NCBI GenBank assembly: GCA_046160045.1
Contig: JBJXGR010000413.1
Span: forward strand, 8,959-32,958
Length of the DNA stretch: 24,000 bases
Reading direction: 5' to 3'
Source: Bryobacteraceae bacterium
Lineage (GTDB): Bacteria; Acidobacteriota; Terriglobia; Bryobacterales; Bryobacteraceae
The notes below the pieces were generated by a model, which worked only from the letters and a program-made list of their open reading frames with translations, ran no database searches and was not told where the DNA came from. How positions within the stretch are numbered: the stretch's first letter is position 1; each line of letters begins with the position of its first letter. Shown one piece after another: positions 22,680 through 24,000 of this stretch. The position numbers and the translations under genes were made by a program.

Positions 22680-23497
22680 CGCACACGACGTTTGATGAGG
22701 GGACCTGCCGCAGCATGCAGGCGAAACTGGATTCTTACATCGACAACGAACTGCTCGTCGAGACCAATCTCGAGATGACGCAGCACTTCGAACGCTGCGC
22801 CGTCTGCGCGCGGGAAGCCTCAATCCGTCGCGAGCTGCGCAGTAGAGTAAGAGCCGCCGCCAAACAGACGCCGTTGCCAGCAGGCCTCGACATTCTAGTG
22901 CGGCAGCGGTTGCGCCATTCCGCGCAGCCGACTCGATGGTGGCTGATGGCCATCGCGGCCGTGATCGTCGTGAGCATCGGATCCTGGCTCGGGTACGAGC
23001 GGCTCCGATTGCCGCCGGCGGGTCTGGTCGCGCTTCTTGGGATCGGCCAAGGCAACCACGTGCACTGCGCGGTCGGCCGTCAAAACAAGACGCGGCCGGT
23101 CGGAATCGACAAGCTGTCGCCCGAATACAAACCTATCCTTGCGATCGCCCGTCAGACAGTTCCTGTAGACATGCCACTCGCCGTTGCGCACGAGTGCCGC
23201 TACAAGGGGCGTCCGTTCATCCATGTCACGTTTCGCAATGACCAGCGCCTGCTGTCGGTGATCGTCGTCCGGAAGCAGGAGGGCGAATCGCTGCTCTCGG
23301 CCGGCGCGCGTCCCGCGATGTCGCGGGCGGGCATCGACCTGTACTCAGCCGGTATCGATCAATACCAGGGCGCCGCGTTCGAAAGCGGCGGGTTCCTCGT
23401 GTATACCATGTCCGATCTTTCCCGCCGCGAGAATCTGCGCATCCTGGCGGCGCTCGCGCCGGCCTTCCGCAACGCCCTTCAACAGATCGCGTCGTAG
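22676..23497 (+). CDS. Anti-sigma factor, zf-HC2 type, copy 2 (paralog of 7693-8580)
   Basis: ATGA overlap with the sigma gene. Carries HFERCAVC, one TM (WWLMAIAAVIVVSIGSWLG), and a C-terminal domain colinear with copy 1. Confidence 0.85.
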   Translation: MTHTTFDEGTCRSMQAKLDSYIDNELLVETNLEMTQHFERCAVCAREASIRRELRSRVRAAAKQTPLPAGLDILVRQRLRHSAQPTRWWLMAIAAVIVVSIGSWLGYERLRLPPAGLVALLGIGQGNHVHCAVGRQNKTRPVGIDKLSPEYKPILAIARQTVPVDMPLAVAHECRYKGRPFIHVTFRNDQRLLSVIVVRKQEGESLLSAGARPAMSRAGIDLYSAGIDQYQGAAFESGGFLVYTMSDLSRRENLRILAALAPAFRNALQQIAS

Positions 23498-23541
23498 CGG
23501 CGCGATCCCCGCCCCACATCCCGCCAAGTCCCCACCCCTCC

Positions 23542-23563
23542 GCGCCCCGATTTCGGGGGGCGC
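23542..23563 (+). terminator. Weak terminator-like hairpin after anti-sigma copy 2
   Basis: GCGCCCC / GGGGCGC form a 7-bp stem, followed by a moderately T-rich stretch (tctcgagtttcaacattttc). Confidence 0.3.
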
Positions 23564-23654
23564 TCTCGAGTTTCAACATTTTCGGCTGACCGCCAGTGAC
23601 CCGTAAGCGCCATCTCGGAGGCGAGCCTGGAGAATGCCCACGTTGTCGACTTAG

Positions 23655-23674
23655 GGGCCGCATTCATGCGGCCC
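23655..23674. repeat. Perfect 8-bp hairpin GGGCCGCA-TTCA-TGCGGCCC
   Basis: Direct reading. Intergenic. Function unknown. Confidence 0.5.
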
Positions 23675-23814
23675 ACTGCAGTTTGGCCATTTTACCCCGG
23701 TGGCACGAGCTTCAAAGCTCGCGGAACTTTGGTTTTCCACCTGATCGCTAACATCCAGGCCATTGGATCCGTCGCCTTCTCCGCAAGATTCCCCACCATT
23801 GCCAGACCCAATCA

Positions 23815-24000
23815 TTACGGGCCGCTGGGCAACGAGGCCTGGTCGGCAATATGTTCCATTGTGATCCGTTCGGCTGGTTCAATCCGGCACGGTGCCGCCA
23901 GCGGACGTTTCATTCCAATACGCGCCACCAGCTTGCCAAACGCCACCCGGCTTCGCGACGCCTTGCTGAAGATCCTCTCCAGGTCGACCTGACCGGGTCC
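23815..24000 (-). CDS. Possible C-terminal end of a gene entering from beyond the window (61 codons)
   Basis: The minus-strand frame is open from the window edge and reads GPGQVDLERIFSKASRSRVAFGKLVARIGMKRPLAAPCRIEPAERITMEHIADQASLPSGP*, with the stop at 23815-23817. GC3 is high in the first part. No family recognised. Confidence 0.25.
   Translation of the reverse strand, partial: GPGQVDLERIFSKASRSRVAFGKLVARIGMKRPLAAPCRIEPAERITMEHIADQASLPSGP

Noticed and set aside
23666-23992. Plus-strand 108-aa ORF at the right edge
   Set aside because: The sequence is not protein-like, there is no RBS, and the opposite strand carries a more plausible partial ORF with high GC3. Neither is strongly supported.
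1-24000. CRISPR arrays, rRNA or tRNA genes, integrons, or recognisable phage-defence or toxin-antitoxin modules
   Set aside because: I saw no regularly spaced short repeats, no rRNA/tRNA-like conserved strings, and no proteins with signatures of known defence families. The only repeats are the 72-nt pair, the MITE-like TIRs and short hairpins.

Overview
High-GC bacterial chromosomal window. The gene content and REP-like repeats look Acidobacteria-like to me, but that is a guess with no database check. It has three parts. (1) 1-2300 holds decayed mobile DNA: a terminase-like tail, a scrambled RayT/IS200-like Y1 transposase relic, a frameshifted secreted-protein gene and an IS1380-family transposase remnant. 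(2) 2226-7689 holds a two-gene glycoside cassette (GH63-like glucosidase plus amylo-alpha-1,6-glucosidase/glycogen debranching enzyme). It is bracketed by two 72-nt direct repeats and followed by a MITE-like element. (3) 7693-23497 is the most interesting part. Two paralogous ECF sigma / zf-HC2 anti-sigma modules in inverted orientation bracket about 13 kb of envelope and redox genes. These are two SDRs, two micro membrane proteins, a ferric-reductase-TM::Rieske fusion, a Cys-rich anchored protein, an OlsF-like bifunctional aminolipid synthase, DoxX, a DinB-NRDE-DedA::ATP-grasp operon, and an aquaporin-GMC-VOC-DM13 operon. Reading the intergenic DNA by eye, I found a bipartite promoter-like motif. 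GGAATAA[A/C]-N14-GGAT occurs five times, each correctly oriented upstream of a gene or operon start. A sister motif, GGAATAww-N14-TCCT, occurs upstream of the second sigma gene and of the aquaporin operon. This suggests two overlapping ECF regulons with a shared -35 box and different -10 boxes, mostly driving leaderless or near-leaderless mRNAs. All functional calls rest on remembered family signatures and motifs visible in the translations. No searches were run.
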